Source: Gemmatimonadales bacterium
Lineage (GTDB): Bacteria; Gemmatimonadota; Gemmatimonadetes; Gemmatimonadales; GWC2-71-9
Assembly (NCBI GenBank): GCA_038326215.1
Contig: JBBQJU010000001.1
Span: 1-50,033, forward strand
Length of the DNA: 50,033 bases
Reading direction: 5' to 3'
Shown here: in pieces, positions 1 to 12,580 of the stretch
Position numbering within the stretch: the stretch's first letter is position 1
Layout: each line of letters begins with the position of its first letter
The notes under the pieces: model-generated
Told to the model about the DNA's origin: nothing
The model's input: the letters and a program-made list of their open reading frames with translations, nothing else
Databases searched by the model: none
Position numbers and translations under genes: made by a program

Positions 1-948
1 CCCATTGGTCACTTTGGTGGCCATCTCGGCGAGCCGCTCCTGTTGCAGCTGGGTCCCGGCGATCGGCTTGCCGAACATCTCCCGCTGCAAGGCGTACTGC
101 AGCGCCTCGTCGAAGCAGGCGAGTGCGGCGCCGAGGGTACCCCAGACGATGCCGTAGCGCGCCTGCGTGAGGCACATCAACGGGCTCTTCACGCCGCCCG
201 ACCCAGGCAGGAGCGCGTCCTTCGGCAACTTGACCTGATCGAAGGTCATTGCGCTCGACTCGGACACCCGCAGCGAATGCTTGTCGGTGAGATGATGCAC
301 CGTCACGCCGGGCGTGTCCGTCGGCACCAGGAAGCCGCGGATGCTCTTCTGGTCTGCGGAGCCGTTGGTCTTGGCCCACACCACCGCGACGTGCGCCGAC
401 GGGCCGTTGGAGAGCCACTTCTTGGTGCCATGCAGGGTCCAGCCGTCGGCGGTTTCGTCAGCGTTGACGATCATCCCGGCGGGATCGCTGCCGAACTCCG
501 GCTCGCTGAGGCCGAAGCAGCCAATGACCTCGCCACGCGCCATCCGTGGCAGCCACGACTGCTTTTGCTCCTCCGACCCGAACGCCCAGATCGGGTACAT
601 CACCAGGGAACTCTGCACCGAGGCAAAGGAGCGGATGCCCGAGTCACAGCGCTCAAGCTCCTGCATGATCAGCCCATACGCCACGCCCGAGCGACCCGGT
701 CCGCCATACTCGGCTGGGATGGTCGGGCCGAGGAGCCCGAGCTCCGCCATCTCGCCGACCAGATGATGCGGGAAGACGCCGTCGAAGTACCACGTGGAAA
801 TGTTGGGCATCAGCGCGCGATCGACCCAGGCGCGGACCCGGTCGCGCAGCGCGCGCTCGTCCTCGGAAAGGAGGGAGTCGGTGTTCATCAGGTCCACCTG
901 CCGGAAGGGGGGCAGGGGCGCAGGGTGGAGCGGGGCGAGCGGCTTCAT
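1..948 (-). CDS. gcdH: Glutaryl-CoA / acyl-CoA dehydrogenase, N-terminal ~315 codons (C-terminus runs off the left edge)
   Basis: Absent from the ORF track because there is no stop inside the window. My reverse translation from ATG 948-946 reads MKPLAPLHPAPLPPFRQVDLMNTDSLLSEDERALRDRVRAWVDRALMPNISTWYFDGVFPHHLVGEMAELGLLGPTIPAEYGG...CFGLSEPEFGSDPAGM...KKWLSNGP...ARYGIVWGTLGAA. These are typical acyl-CoA DH signatures, closest in wording to glutaryl-CoA DH. The 43..963 + ORF is its antisense shadow. ATGA overlap with the upstream stop (945-948). Confidence 0.8.
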   Translation of the reverse strand, partial: MKPLAPLHPAPLPPFRQVDLMNTDSLLSEDERALRDRVRAWVDRALMPNISTWYFDGVFPHHLVGEMAELGLLGPTIPAEYGGPGRSGVAYGLIMQELERCDSGIRSFASVQSSLVMYPIWAFGSEEQKQSWLPRMARGEVIGCFGLSEPEFGSDPAGMIVNADETADGWTLHGTKKWLSNGPSAHVAVVWAKTNGSADQKSIRGFLVPTDTPGVTVHHLTDKHSLRVSESSAMTFDQVKLPKDALLPGSGGVKSPLMCLTQARYGIVWGTLGAALACFDEALQYALQREMFGKPIAGTQLQQERLAEMATKVTNG

Positions 949-1667
949 GCGATGGTTCCGTAGAGATCGAGATGCGAGGGATACCCCGCAGGAGCCGTCG
1001 CGTTCGGCCGGATCCCGACTTCCTTCGCCTTGCGACGAAAGGAGGCGCCATGATCGAGGGGGTGGCCGGTCTCGCACTGCCATTGGTGCACCATCTCGTG
1101 GAGCAGCGTCTCGGTGGCGGCAGGCCAGCCGTCGCGGCGGACGTGGCGCCGGGAGAGGGTGATCTCGACCGGGCGACTGTCGTGGTCGGCGCGAAATTCG
1201 CCGAGGCGGGTCGACATCCGGTCTGACAGCCGGATCGGGATGGTGCCCAGCGCGCCCTGGAAGTGCCGGGCATTGAGGATCTCGTGCAACCGCATGAGGC
1301 GGCCGATGATCACCTCGTGTTCGGGCGCCACGGGCCGCGGCCCGCGGTGCGGCGTGGTGCGGGACGGCGCGTGCCGATCGACGGGGAAGGCGAGGAAGCG
1401 TCGCCGCGCCACGAGCCGCTCCGGCTTCGGCACCCGTGGGCGCAGGAAGGTGAGGATCGCCGAGAGGACCTCATCCGGCGCCCAGGCGTAGCCGGCATGG
1501 AGCCGGAGGCCATAGCGCGGGTGATGGCTCACCAGGACGGTGCGGTTCCGCGTGAGGGTCACCATCGTGCCGGGGGCGAGCCCGAGGCGAAAGAGCCGGT
1601 CGGGCAGCGCACGTTCGGGATCGACATCGAGCCCCAGGGAGAGCTGCGGCTCGGCGACCTCAGCCAC
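945..1667 (-). CDS. SprT-like zinc metalloprotease domain protein
   Basis: C-terminal part of ORF 945..1892(-). It has an HExxH motif (LLHEMVHQWQ) in an SprT-like context (RLGEFRADHDSRPVEITLSRRHV). The Arg/Pro-rich N-terminal 75 codons overlap the upstream gene. GTG at 1667-1665 gives a GTGGCTGA overlap with the upstream stop (1660). The start is uncertain. Confidence 0.6.
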   Translation of the reverse strand: MAEVAEPQLSLGLDVDPERALPDRLFRLGLAPGTMVTLTRNRTVLVSHHPRYGLRLHAGYAWAPDEVLSAILTFLRPRVPKPERLVARRRFLAFPVDRHAPSRTTPHRGPRPVAPEHEVIIGRLMRLHEILNARHFQGALGTIPIRLSDRMSTRLGEFRADHDSRPVEITLSRRHVRRDGWPAATETLLHEMVHQWQCETGHPLDHGASFRRKAKEVGIRPNATAPAGYPSHLDLYGTIA

Positions 1668-2511
1668 GGGCGGCCGCGGCGTCGGCCACGCGGGGACGCG
1701 CGAAGGTGGCTGCCGGACCTGGCTGGAAGAGGCCGAGGGCCGCTTCCCAGATGTAGTGGCGCACGGTGATCGACTCGTCGTCCGCGGTAATGACGTTGCA
1801 GGCCGATGGGCGGTGGCCACGGGTGCGTGAGGTGTGGGTGCTCGACGTGGCGACGACGGCGCCGTTGGGTAGCGTCCCCGCGGCCTCCTCATGATCGTGG
1901 CCGCAGAGCACCAGATCGGTCCCGGCGGCCATCACCTGGCGCCACGCCGCGCGCCAGCGTGCCAGTCCCATGCGCTGCGAGATCCGGCCCCGTAACAGAT
2001 TCTGATGCATCACCATCACGCGAAGCAGCTCGGGGCCTTCCTCGGCGAAGCGGGTGCCCGCGCGTTCGGTTTCGCGCGCGGGCAAGTGCCCCTTCACCGC
2101 CATGTCATTCAGGTTGTAGGTCATCGACCCGGCGGCGACGCCGTAGGACGTCAACACCCCAGAGAGCACCGCGCCGTCGATGACGAGCGTCGGGGTGAGC
2201 TCGGTGCCGAAGTAGCGGGTGTATTTCTCGTACTTCGCCGCGGCGCCGATGACATCGAACGGCGTGGTCCACCACTCGACGTCATGGTTGCCGGGCACCA
2301 CCAAGGTTGGCGAGATCCGCCGCATCGCCTGCACAAAATCGAGGGCGCGCTGGAACTCGCCATGACGGGCACGCTGCGTCAGGTCGCCGGCGACGACGAC
2401 CGCCGACGGCGCCAGCGCGGTGGCGAGGGCTTCGAGCCCGGCCACCTGCGCCAGATCGGCGTCGCGACCGAAGTGCAGGTCGGAGCACTGCAGCAGCGTG
2501 ATGGGGCTCAC
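1660..2511 (-). CDS. Calcineurin-like metallophosphoesterase
   Basis: ORF 1660..2631(-). Motifs: CSDLHFG, VVAGDLT, VPGNHD, MVMHQN, LCGHDHE. GTG at 2511-2509 forms a GTGA overlap with the upstream stop at 2508. Confidence 0.8.
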   Translation of the reverse strand: MSPITLLQCSDLHFGRDADLAQVAGLEALATALAPSAVVVAGDLTQRARHGEFQRALDFVQAMRRISPTLVVPGNHDVEWWTTPFDVIGAAAKYEKYTRYFGTELTPTLVIDGAVLSGVLTSYGVAAGSMTYNLNDMAVKGHLPARETERAGTRFAEEGPELLRVMVMHQNLLRGRISQRMGLARWRAAWRQVMAAGTDLVLCGHDHEEAAGTLPNGAVVATSSTHTSRTRGHRPSACNVITADDESITVRHYIWEAALGLFQPGPAATFARPRVADAAAARG

Positions 2512-3887
2512 CAGACCAGTCGCACGCGGTAGGTCAGTGTCGCCTTCCCCTTCGCCGGAACAGTCACCGCGAACACCGTGCGCGTGGCGGAGCGCTTCTG
2601 CGCCGCCACCGAGCTCTCGACCACGCTCCACTCGCCGCCGCGATCTTCGCGCACCTCGACCACCACGGCCGAGTCCTTGGCGTTCTGGAGATCGACACGA
2701 TACGACGCCATCGCGATCGTGCGGCTGGTGTTCGGCGCGGTACCACGCGTCGTGGAGAAGGCGGTCTGGGTCCGCTTCGCCGTCACGTCGAAGGCGGTAC
2801 CGGTCGCGACATTGAGTTCCTGTCCCGGCGCGGTGTGCCCGATGCTCCCCATCCCGATCAACTGCAGCCGCCCTGCCTTGTCGGTATCGAAGACCTGCAC
2901 GCTGCCGGCCGGGAGCGGCAGATCGCCGAATACGGTCGTCAACTTCCGCTCGAGGCGATACGTGACCGCGACCGGCACCTCGCGCTCATCCTCCTCCTGC
3001 CCAATCCCGCCATAGAACGGGATCCCGCCCGACACCGTGAAGCGCCGTTCGGCGCGCGCCGGCGTCGGATCGAAGAGTGGCGTGACCAGCTGCGTCCCAG
3101 GCGTGAAGGTGATCCGCCCGGGCAGCGTGTACAAGCGTGCCTCGCCGACGGCTTCCTGTGACGGGAGCCCCTCCGCGTATGCGCCGTCGGCGGCCGACTT
3201 GGCTGCCATCGCGTACGCCCGCGGTGAGGGGCTCTGGGCCTGCACGCCGATGTCACCGGCGAGCAACTGCACTTCGGCGTTCTCCAGATTGAGCGTGCCA
3301 CTCATGATCGACGCCGAGCCTTCGATCCGACCTGCCGTGCCGAGGATGAGCGAATAACTCACGCCCCACGACGCGCCGCTGGTGGCGTAGAGCACTTTGA
3401 GTCCGCTGCGAGCCCGGTCGCTGCTCACACTGACATCCGTCACCGGCGTGGTCGGCACGCGTGCCAGATCCCAGCGAATCTGCCCAGGGCGACTGAACAG
3501 CACCGCCTCGCCGACCTGCCATCGCTCCGGCTGCAACGCCAGCAGCTTTGCGCTGATGGGCGTGCGCGTCGAGCCAACGTACTGCTCGAGCTGGAACTGC
3601 TGCCCGATGTATCGGCGCAGCAGCGCGTCCTCCGTCGAGGCACCATCGAAGTTCACGAGGCCCAGCTTCACGCCTGGCTCGAGCAGCATCAGCGAGGCCG
3701 GCTCGAAGAGGCCGAGGGGGAGCGAAATGGTGGAGGTGCCAGCAGCAATGGCCGCCGGGAGCGTACGTCGCACCAGCACGCGTCCGGAATTGAAGAGTGT
3801 GACCGACGGCGCGTCGGTGGGCTGTTGGGCAATCACCGCTGCCGGTGCCGTGAGTGCGAGCATGGCCAATCGAAGGGTTCGCGTCAT
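2508..3887 (-). CDS. Secreted DUF4139-family protein (function unknown)
   Basis: ORF 2508..3968(-). The internal ATG at 3887 gives a signal peptide MTRTLRLAMLALTAPAAVIA|QQ. The N-terminal (VTLFNSGRVLVRRTL...) and C-terminal (YRVDLQNAKDSAVVVEVRED...TLTYRVRLVW) wording is DUF4140/DUF4139-like. ATGA overlap with the upstream stop (3884-3887). Confidence 0.7.
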   Translation of the reverse strand: MTRTLRLAMLALTAPAAVIAQQPTDAPSVTLFNSGRVLVRRTLPAAIAAGTSTISLPLGLFEPASLMLLEPGVKLGLVNFDGASTEDALLRRYIGQQFQLEQYVGSTRTPISAKLLALQPERWQVGEAVLFSRPGQIRWDLARVPTTPVTDVSVSSDRARSGLKVLYATSGASWGVSYSLILGTAGRIEGSASIMSGTLNLENAEVQLLAGDIGVQAQSPSPRAYAMAAKSAADGAYAEGLPSQEAVGEARLYTLPGRITFTPGTQLVTPLFDPTPARAERRFTVSGGIPFYGGIGQEEDEREVPVAVTYRLERKLTTVFGDLPLPAGSVQVFDTDKAGRLQLIGMGSIGHTAPGQELNVATGTAFDVTAKRTQTAFSTTRGTAPNTSRTIAMASYRVDLQNAKDSAVVVEVREDRGGEWSVVESSVAAQKRSATRTVFAVTVPAKGKATLTYRVRLVW

Positions 3888-4174
3888 CGCAGCATCTCCT
3901 CGGCCACACGGCCGGCAATCTTGTAGACCAAGGCGGCGACCACCGGAACGGCGATCACGGCATACCACTGGCCCTCAGGAGACGTTGCTGGACGGCTCCA
4001 GCTCCACGCCGCCGTCATCGCTCCCGCCAGCAGTGCCGCCCGGCGCGCCACCACGGTGACCCGGCGCTGCCAGCGCTTCTGGCAGTCCGGGCACCGTTCG
4101 TTGAAATCGATGTCGGGCACCCGGCGCCCGCAATCGCCACAGGGGACCTCAGGCCACCCGAGCGGCGACGGCAC
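3884..4174 (-). CDS. Small zinc-ribbon membrane protein
   Basis: ORF 3884..4228(-). It has CGDCGRRV...CPDCQKRW (CxxC-x14-CxxC) followed by two hydrophobic segments. Third-position GC is 18/20 in 4021-4080 for this frame. The start is either GTG 4174 or ATG 4228; both overlap the icd 3' end. Confidence 0.45.
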   Translation of the reverse strand: MPSPLGWPEVPCGDCGRRVPDIDFNERCPDCQKRWQRRVTVVARRAALLAGAMTAAWSWSRPATSPEGQWYAVIAVPVVAALVYKIAGRVAEEMLR

Positions 4175-5165
4175 GACCGAACTCCTCGGTGGAGGCGCTC
4201 CCGCCAAGGTCGCGGGTGCGGACGCCATCGGCGACGATGGTGGCCACCAGGCCCCGGCGGACCCGATCGGCCGCCGCGTCCTCGCCGAGGTGATCGAGCA
4301 TCATCGCCGCCGCGAGGATCAGCGCCGACGGGTTGGCAAGCCCCTGCCCCGCAATGTCGGGCGCCGAGCCGTGTACTGCCTCGAAGATCGCCGCCGTCTC
4401 GCCAATATTGCCGCCCGGTGCCAGACCGAGGCCGCCGACCAGTCCGCTGATCTCGTCGGAGAGGATGTCGCCGAAGAGATTGGTCGTGACGATCACGTCG
4501 AACTGCTCCGGCTTGAGCACCAGCTGCATGGCGGCGTTGTCGACGATCAGGTCGTTGAAAGCGACGCGCCCCGCGTACTCCGCCGCAATCTCGCGACCGA
4601 TCTCGAGGAAGAGCCCGGTGGTGAACTTGAGGATGTTCGCCTTGTGAATCAACGACACTTTCTTCCGGCCATGCCGCACCGCGTACTCGAAGGCGTAGCG
4701 GATCACCCGTTCGGAGTTGGCGCGCGTGACGACGGCCACTGACTCGGCCTGCCCGTGCGGGTCGCCATTGACCTCGACGTAGCGCTCCTGCCCGATGTAG
4801 AGCCCCTCGAGATTCTCGCGTACCAGCACGATGTCGATGCCGTCGAAGCGACCACCGGGGACGATCGTCTTGGCCGGGCGAACATTGGCGTAGAGCGCGA
4901 ACTCCTTCCGGAGGGCGACGTTCACCGAGCGGAAGCCACCGCCGACCGGCGTCGTCAGCGGACCCTTCAGGGCGAGGTTGGTCCGGCGGATCGACTCGAG
5001 CGTGGCCTCCGGCATCGGGTCGCCCGTTGCCTCGACGGCGGCCATGCCACCGAGCTGACGGTCCCATGCGAAGGCGAGGCCAGTGGCCGCGAGCACCTGC
5101 AGCGTTGCCTCGGTGATCTCTGGACCGATGCCGTCGCCGGGGATGAGCGTGATGGTGTGCGTCAT
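4149..5165 (-). CDS. icd: NAD-dependent isocitrate dehydrogenase (isocitrate/isopropylmalate DH family)
   Basis: ORF 4149..5315(-), start placed at ATG 5165 ([17 protein letters not shown]...). Motifs: [53 protein letters not shown]. The length (338 aa) and wording fit the IDH3-like NAD-IDH subgroup better than LeuB. Confidence 0.8.
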   Translation of the reverse strand: MTHTITLIPGDGIGPEITEATLQVLAATGLAFAWDRQLGGMAAVEATGDPMPEATLESIRRTNLALKGPLTTPVGGGFRSVNVALRKEFALYANVRPAKTIVPGGRFDGIDIVLVRENLEGLYIGQERYVEVNGDPHGQAESVAVVTRANSERVIRYAFEYAVRHGRKKVSLIHKANILKFTTGLFLEIGREIAAEYAGRVAFNDLIVDNAAMQLVLKPEQFDVIVTTNLFGDILSDEISGLVGGLGLAPGGNIGETAAIFEAVHGSAPDIAGQGLANPSALILAAAMMLDHLGEDAAADRVRRGLVATIVADGVRTRDLGGSASTEEFGRAVAARVA

Positions 5166-5169
5166 GGAC

Positions 5170-5817
5170 TCAGTTGAAATCGGGGAGGATCCTGGCGACG
5201 GCCGCGGCGAGCGCTGCGGCTGGTGTCGCGGCGATCGCAAAGGGCGTGCTGCGCCAGAGCAGGGCGCCGCTGCGCGCATCGGCGAGCACCAGCACCACTT
5301 CGGCGCGGATCCCACCGGGCACGGCTTGAAAGCGCACGGCCGCCGGCACCATCACTTGGCGGCCATTGGTGAGCGCAGCGAGCATGCGGAGTTGCGAGAA
5401 GAGCGGATCGGGAATCCGCTTGAGGCCGTCGGCCCGGAGCATCGCCTGACCCATCTTGTCGGGGTCGTTGACGGTGCCCGGCGCACGGCGCGCGATACGG
5501 CGCAGTTCGTCGCCCAGAAGCCACGTCACCTCGGGGCCACGCATCTGCAGGTTCTCGCCGATCAGCGAGTCGGCCCAGCGCAGCCGAGCATGCAGGTCGG
5601 TCGGCATGCCGGCGCCGGCCGCCGAATCTGCCACGAAATACGTCAGCGGCAGCACCGGAATCGACTGCCCAGCGAGCGGCGAGAGGAGCAGTGCCGGGGC
5701 CGGGGGTGTCTTCGGTTCCTTCCCCTCCTTCGTCGCTTGCGCACAGGCAGGCGCTGCCACGACCGACAGTGTGGCAGCGAGACGAACGGCGCGAAGGAGG
5801 GAGGCGGGGAATTTCAC
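5170..5817 (-). CDS. Hypothetical secreted protein / lipoprotein
   Basis: ORF 5170..5817(-). N-terminal signal MKFPASLLRAVRLAATLSVVAAPACA|QA. I recognise no family. It sits 5 nt upstream of icd. Confidence 0.55.
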   Translation of the reverse strand: MKFPASLLRAVRLAATLSVVAAPACAQATKEGKEPKTPPAPALLLSPLAGQSIPVLPLTYFVADSAAGAGMPTDLHARLRWADSLIGENLQMRGPEVTWLLGDELRRIARRAPGTVNDPDKMGQAMLRADGLKRIPDPLFSQLRMLAALTNGRQVMVPAAVRFQAVPGGIRAEVVLVLADARSGALLWRSTPFAIAATPAAALAAAVARILPDFN

Positions 5818-5826
5818 CGCGGAAAG

Positions 5827-6693
5827 CTATTCCAGCGAGAGCCCGCCGTCTACGGCGATGACCTGCCCGGTCACGTGGCGTGCCGCATCGGAACAGAGAA
5901 AAGTGATCACGGCGGCGACATCCTCAGGCTCGGCCAAGCGGCCCAGCACGGCCCGCTTCTGGGCGCGCACGATGACGTCGGTGGGGAGTTCGTCGAGCCG
6001 CTCGGTGTGGACGAAGCCTGGGGCGACGGCATTGACGTTCACATTCGAGGGGCCGAGTTCGACGGCGGCGGCCCGGGTGAAACCTTCGAGCGCGGCCTTG
6101 CTCGCGGCGTAGTTGGCGACCCCGAAGCCTGGGCGCGCCGCCTGATGTGCCGAAATGTTCACCACCTTACCCCAGTGCTGGCGGCGGAAGTGGGGCGCGC
6201 AGGCGGCCACGCAATGAAACGCGCCCGCCACATTGGTCGCGAAGACGGTGGACCACGCCTCTTCCGTCATCCGCCAGAGCGCGCCATCACGGGCGATGCC
6301 GGCATTGTTGACGAGGCAGTCGACGGTGCCGAAGCGGCGGACCACCTCGGCGATGAAGGCATCGACCTGGGCACGGTCGCGCACATCACAGCGGGCGGCA
6401 TAGACCTCGGCGCCCATCGTGGTGAGGGTGGCCTCGGTCATGAGGGCGGTGGCTTCGACGTCGCGCCCCTCCATCTCGAACCAGCAGAAGGCGACCCGGT
6501 ACCCGAGACGGCCGAACTCCAGGGCGATGGTCCGGCCCAGCCCGGTGGCGCCGCCGGTGACGACGGCGACCCGACCCGGCGTGACGGCCTCACGGGCCGC
6601 GGCGCGGGGTTCGGTCTCGGGGATCGGTTCAGCCACCGACGCGGCCGCGGTGGACGACCAAGGATCGGGGGTGGCGCCAGGATAGGGGGGCAT
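5827..6693 (-). CDS. SDR-family oxidoreductase (FabG-like)
   Basis: ORF 5827..6903(-), start placed at ATG 6693. Motifs: VVTGGATGLGR (TGxxxGxG), NNAG, YAASKAALEG (YxxxK), VNAVAPGFV. Confidence 0.85.
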   Translation of the reverse strand: MPPYPGATPDPWSSTAAASVAEPIPETEPRAAAREAVTPGRVAVVTGGATGLGRTIALEFGRLGYRVAFCWFEMEGRDVEATALMTEATLTTMGAEVYAARCDVRDRAQVDAFIAEVVRRFGTVDCLVNNAGIARDGALWRMTEEAWSTVFATNVAGAFHCVAACAPHFRRQHWGKVVNISAHQAARPGFGVANYAASKAALEGFTRAAAVELGPSNVNVNAVAPGFVHTERLDELPTDVIVRAQKRAVLGRLAEPEDVAAVITFLCSDAARHVTGQVIAVDGGLSLE

Positions 6694-6820
6694 ATCCAGC
6701 GAAGCTACGGGCCGAAGCGGCGGGGTGCAACGGCGAGGGATGCGGAGGGGGGCTGGGAAATGCGTCCTGACCCGGCGGTGCCGGCGGCGAAGTGATCCGC
6801 CACGCGCTACCTTCCGCGCC

Positions 6821-8829
<2,009 letters not shown>

Positions 8830-8833
<4 letters not shown>

Positions 8834-9015
8834 GCCGGGATCAGCTCGCGGCGTGGATCGCAGGAGTCCGGAAGGTGCTGGGGATGCCCGACTACGCGGC
8901 GTACTGCGCGCACGTGCGGCAGGCGCACCCGGGCACACCGATGCCCAGCGAGCGCGAGTATTTCGAGCTCTATCTCAAGGCGCGATATGAGGGTGGCCCG
9001 AACCGCTGCTGCTGA
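8830..9015 (+). CDS. ybdD: YbdD/YjiX-family small protein (DUF466), CstA partner
   Basis: The last 61 codons of the shadow ORF 7063..9015 read MSRDQLAAWIAGVRKVLGMPDYAAYCAHVRQAHPGTPMPSEREYFELYLKARYEGGPNRCC. This shows the conserved YbdD pattern (GxPDYxxY...H...P...mS..eFf..r...RY......RCC). ATGA overlap with the cstA stop. Confidence 0.85.
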
Positions 9016-9020
9016 CAGCG

Positions 9021-9093
9021 GCGAATCGCGAATAGCGAACGGCGAACAGCGAATGCAGATCTCGCTGTTCGCCGTTCGCTGTTCGCTGTTCGC
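9021..9093. terminator. Long heptamer-built hairpin between convergent ybdD and glnN (bidirectional terminator candidate)
   Basis: Five GCGAAYN units (9021-9055), a spacer CAGATC, then five complementary TCGCNGT units (9062-9096). There is a perfect 18-bp stem (9035-9052 with 9062-9079) and a 9-nt loop. The stem extends to about 32 bp (9021-9052 / 9062-9093) with one mismatch and two G-T positions. Confidence 0.7.
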
Positions 9094-9096
9094 CGG

Positions 9097-11229
<2,133 letters not shown>

Positions 11230-11412
11230 GGGAAGATCCTGGCGCGAAAGGGTGAAGCTGGGTGGCACCGTCGGCCACCACGAATGGGGCCAAGCTAACC
11301 GCTGGGCGCCTCGGTGCAACTACTGTTAGCCGTCTTACGAAATGCCTGCACATCAGCACCAACGCGGCATTGCACGGCATGTGGCGCTTCACAGTCTATT
11401 TCGTTGTACGGC

Positions 11413-12561
11413 TTACTTCTTTCGTGGCCGTGTGACCAGCCACCAGGCCACCGTCGCCGCCACACCAGCCACCGCCGAGAGCCAGAGGGCCGCGCCCGTC
11501 CCGCGCCGATCGACCACCATGCCGAAGAGGAGTGCCGCGATCAGGGAGGTCACACCGGTCACCGCCTGGGCCTGTCCGAAGGCACTGCCCGCCCCACGCG
11601 GTGCCAGTCGGGCGACGGTGCTCTTCTCCGCGGGCTCGCCGATCCCGGTCACGAGTCCGAAGGCGAGGAAGATGGCCATCATGGCCATCGGGGTCGTGGC
11701 CTCGCCCAGTGCCCAGGCGCCGAGCGCGGCGAGGGTGCCGGAGAGCACGACCACGCCGCGCTCGCCGACCCGGTCGACCAACCACCCTGCCGGATAGGCC
11801 GAGGCACTGCGGACGACGTGCAGGCCGGCCCAGGCGAGCGGGATCAGCGCGAGGGCGACGCCATGCTGCTGCAGGTGCAACAGCAACAGCGTTTCCGGGA
11901 GACGGCTCACCACCAGGAGCGTGAGCGCAAGGATCGGTGGCCAGAAGGCCGCGGCGGCGGCGCGCTCGGCGGACGGCGTATCGCGCGGAGCCGGTGGCAC
12001 CTCGACCGGCGCCAGCTCGCGGTCGCGCAAGGTCCACCACAGCATCGCAACCGCCAACAACGCCGGGACGATACTCCACCCGATCACGGCCCGCGGCGTC
12101 AGTCCGGCGTACTGGAGCAGCGCCCACCCGACGAGCGATCCGACGACCGCGCCGCCATGGTCGAATGCGCGATGAAAGCCGAAGGCACGCCCGCGCTGGG
12201 ACGCCGGGACCGCCTCGGCGAGCATGGCATCACGGCCCGGTGACCGGAGGCCCTTCCCGACGCGGTCGGTCATCCGAAGGCCGATCACCATCCCGACCGA
12301 GCTGGCGATGGCGATGAGGGCGCGCGCGACCGCCGCGATCCCATAGCCGCCCATCACCAGCAGCGGCCGACGCTCCCGGGTATCGGCAAGCCGCCCCGCC
12401 GGAAGGCGGAGCAGCGCGGCCGTCAGATCGGCGAGACCATCGAGTGCGGCGAGCGAGGTCGCCGACCCACCCAGCGTGGTGACGATGAGGGCGGGGAGGA
12501 GGGGATAGACCATTTCGCTCGAGGCATCGTTCAGCCCCGAGACCAGCGAGAGCCCGCGCAC
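11413..12561 (-). CDS. MFS transporter
   Basis: ORF 11413..12882(-). It has twelve hydrophobic segments and the MFS loop motif GRLADTRERRPLL. GTG at 12561 lies 20 nt after the upstream stop (12581). The first ~107 codons of the track ORF are Arg-rich and overlap the upstream gene. Confidence 0.8.
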   Translation of the reverse strand: MRGLSLVSGLNDASSEMVYPLLPALIVTTLGGSATSLAALDGLADLTAALLRLPAGRLADTRERRPLLVMGGYGIAAVARALIAIASSVGMVIGLRMTDRVGKGLRSPGRDAMLAEAVPASQRGRAFGFHRAFDHGGAVVGSLVGWALLQYAGLTPRAVIGWSIVPALLAVAMLWWTLRDRELAPVEVPPAPRDTPSAERAAAAAFWPPILALTLLVVSRLPETLLLLHLQQHGVALALIPLAWAGLHVVRSASAYPAGWLVDRVGERGVVVLSGTLAALGAWALGEATTPMAMMAIFLAFGLVTGIGEPAEKSTVARLAPRGAGSAFGQAQAVTGVTSLIAALLFGMVVDRRGTGAALWLSAVAGVAATVAWWLVTRPRKK

Positions 12562-12580
12562 GCGGCGCGGGAGGGGCGCG

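Noticed and set aside
5083-6795. Very long ORFs in the track that lie antisense or out of frame to recognisable genes. Examples: 5083..6795(+), 6629..7834(-), 7063..8829(+), 9154..11298(+), 12701..14242(+), 21301..22833(+), 36138..37256(-), 37648..38946(-), 43622..45145(+), 45177..46772(+), 42589..43752(+).
   Set aside because: Their translations are Arg/Pro/Gly/Ala-rich low-complexity strings with no family signatures. Each overlaps a gene with clear motifs on the other strand or frame. Such shadow ORFs are expected at about 70% GC because stop codons are rare.
11344-11361. Sigma54-type promoter upstream of glnN (minus strand TTGGTGCTGATGTGCAGG).
   Set aside because: The GG and GC elements are spaced one nucleotide short of the canonical GG-N10-GC, and the flanking consensus is poor. 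Not supportable by eye.
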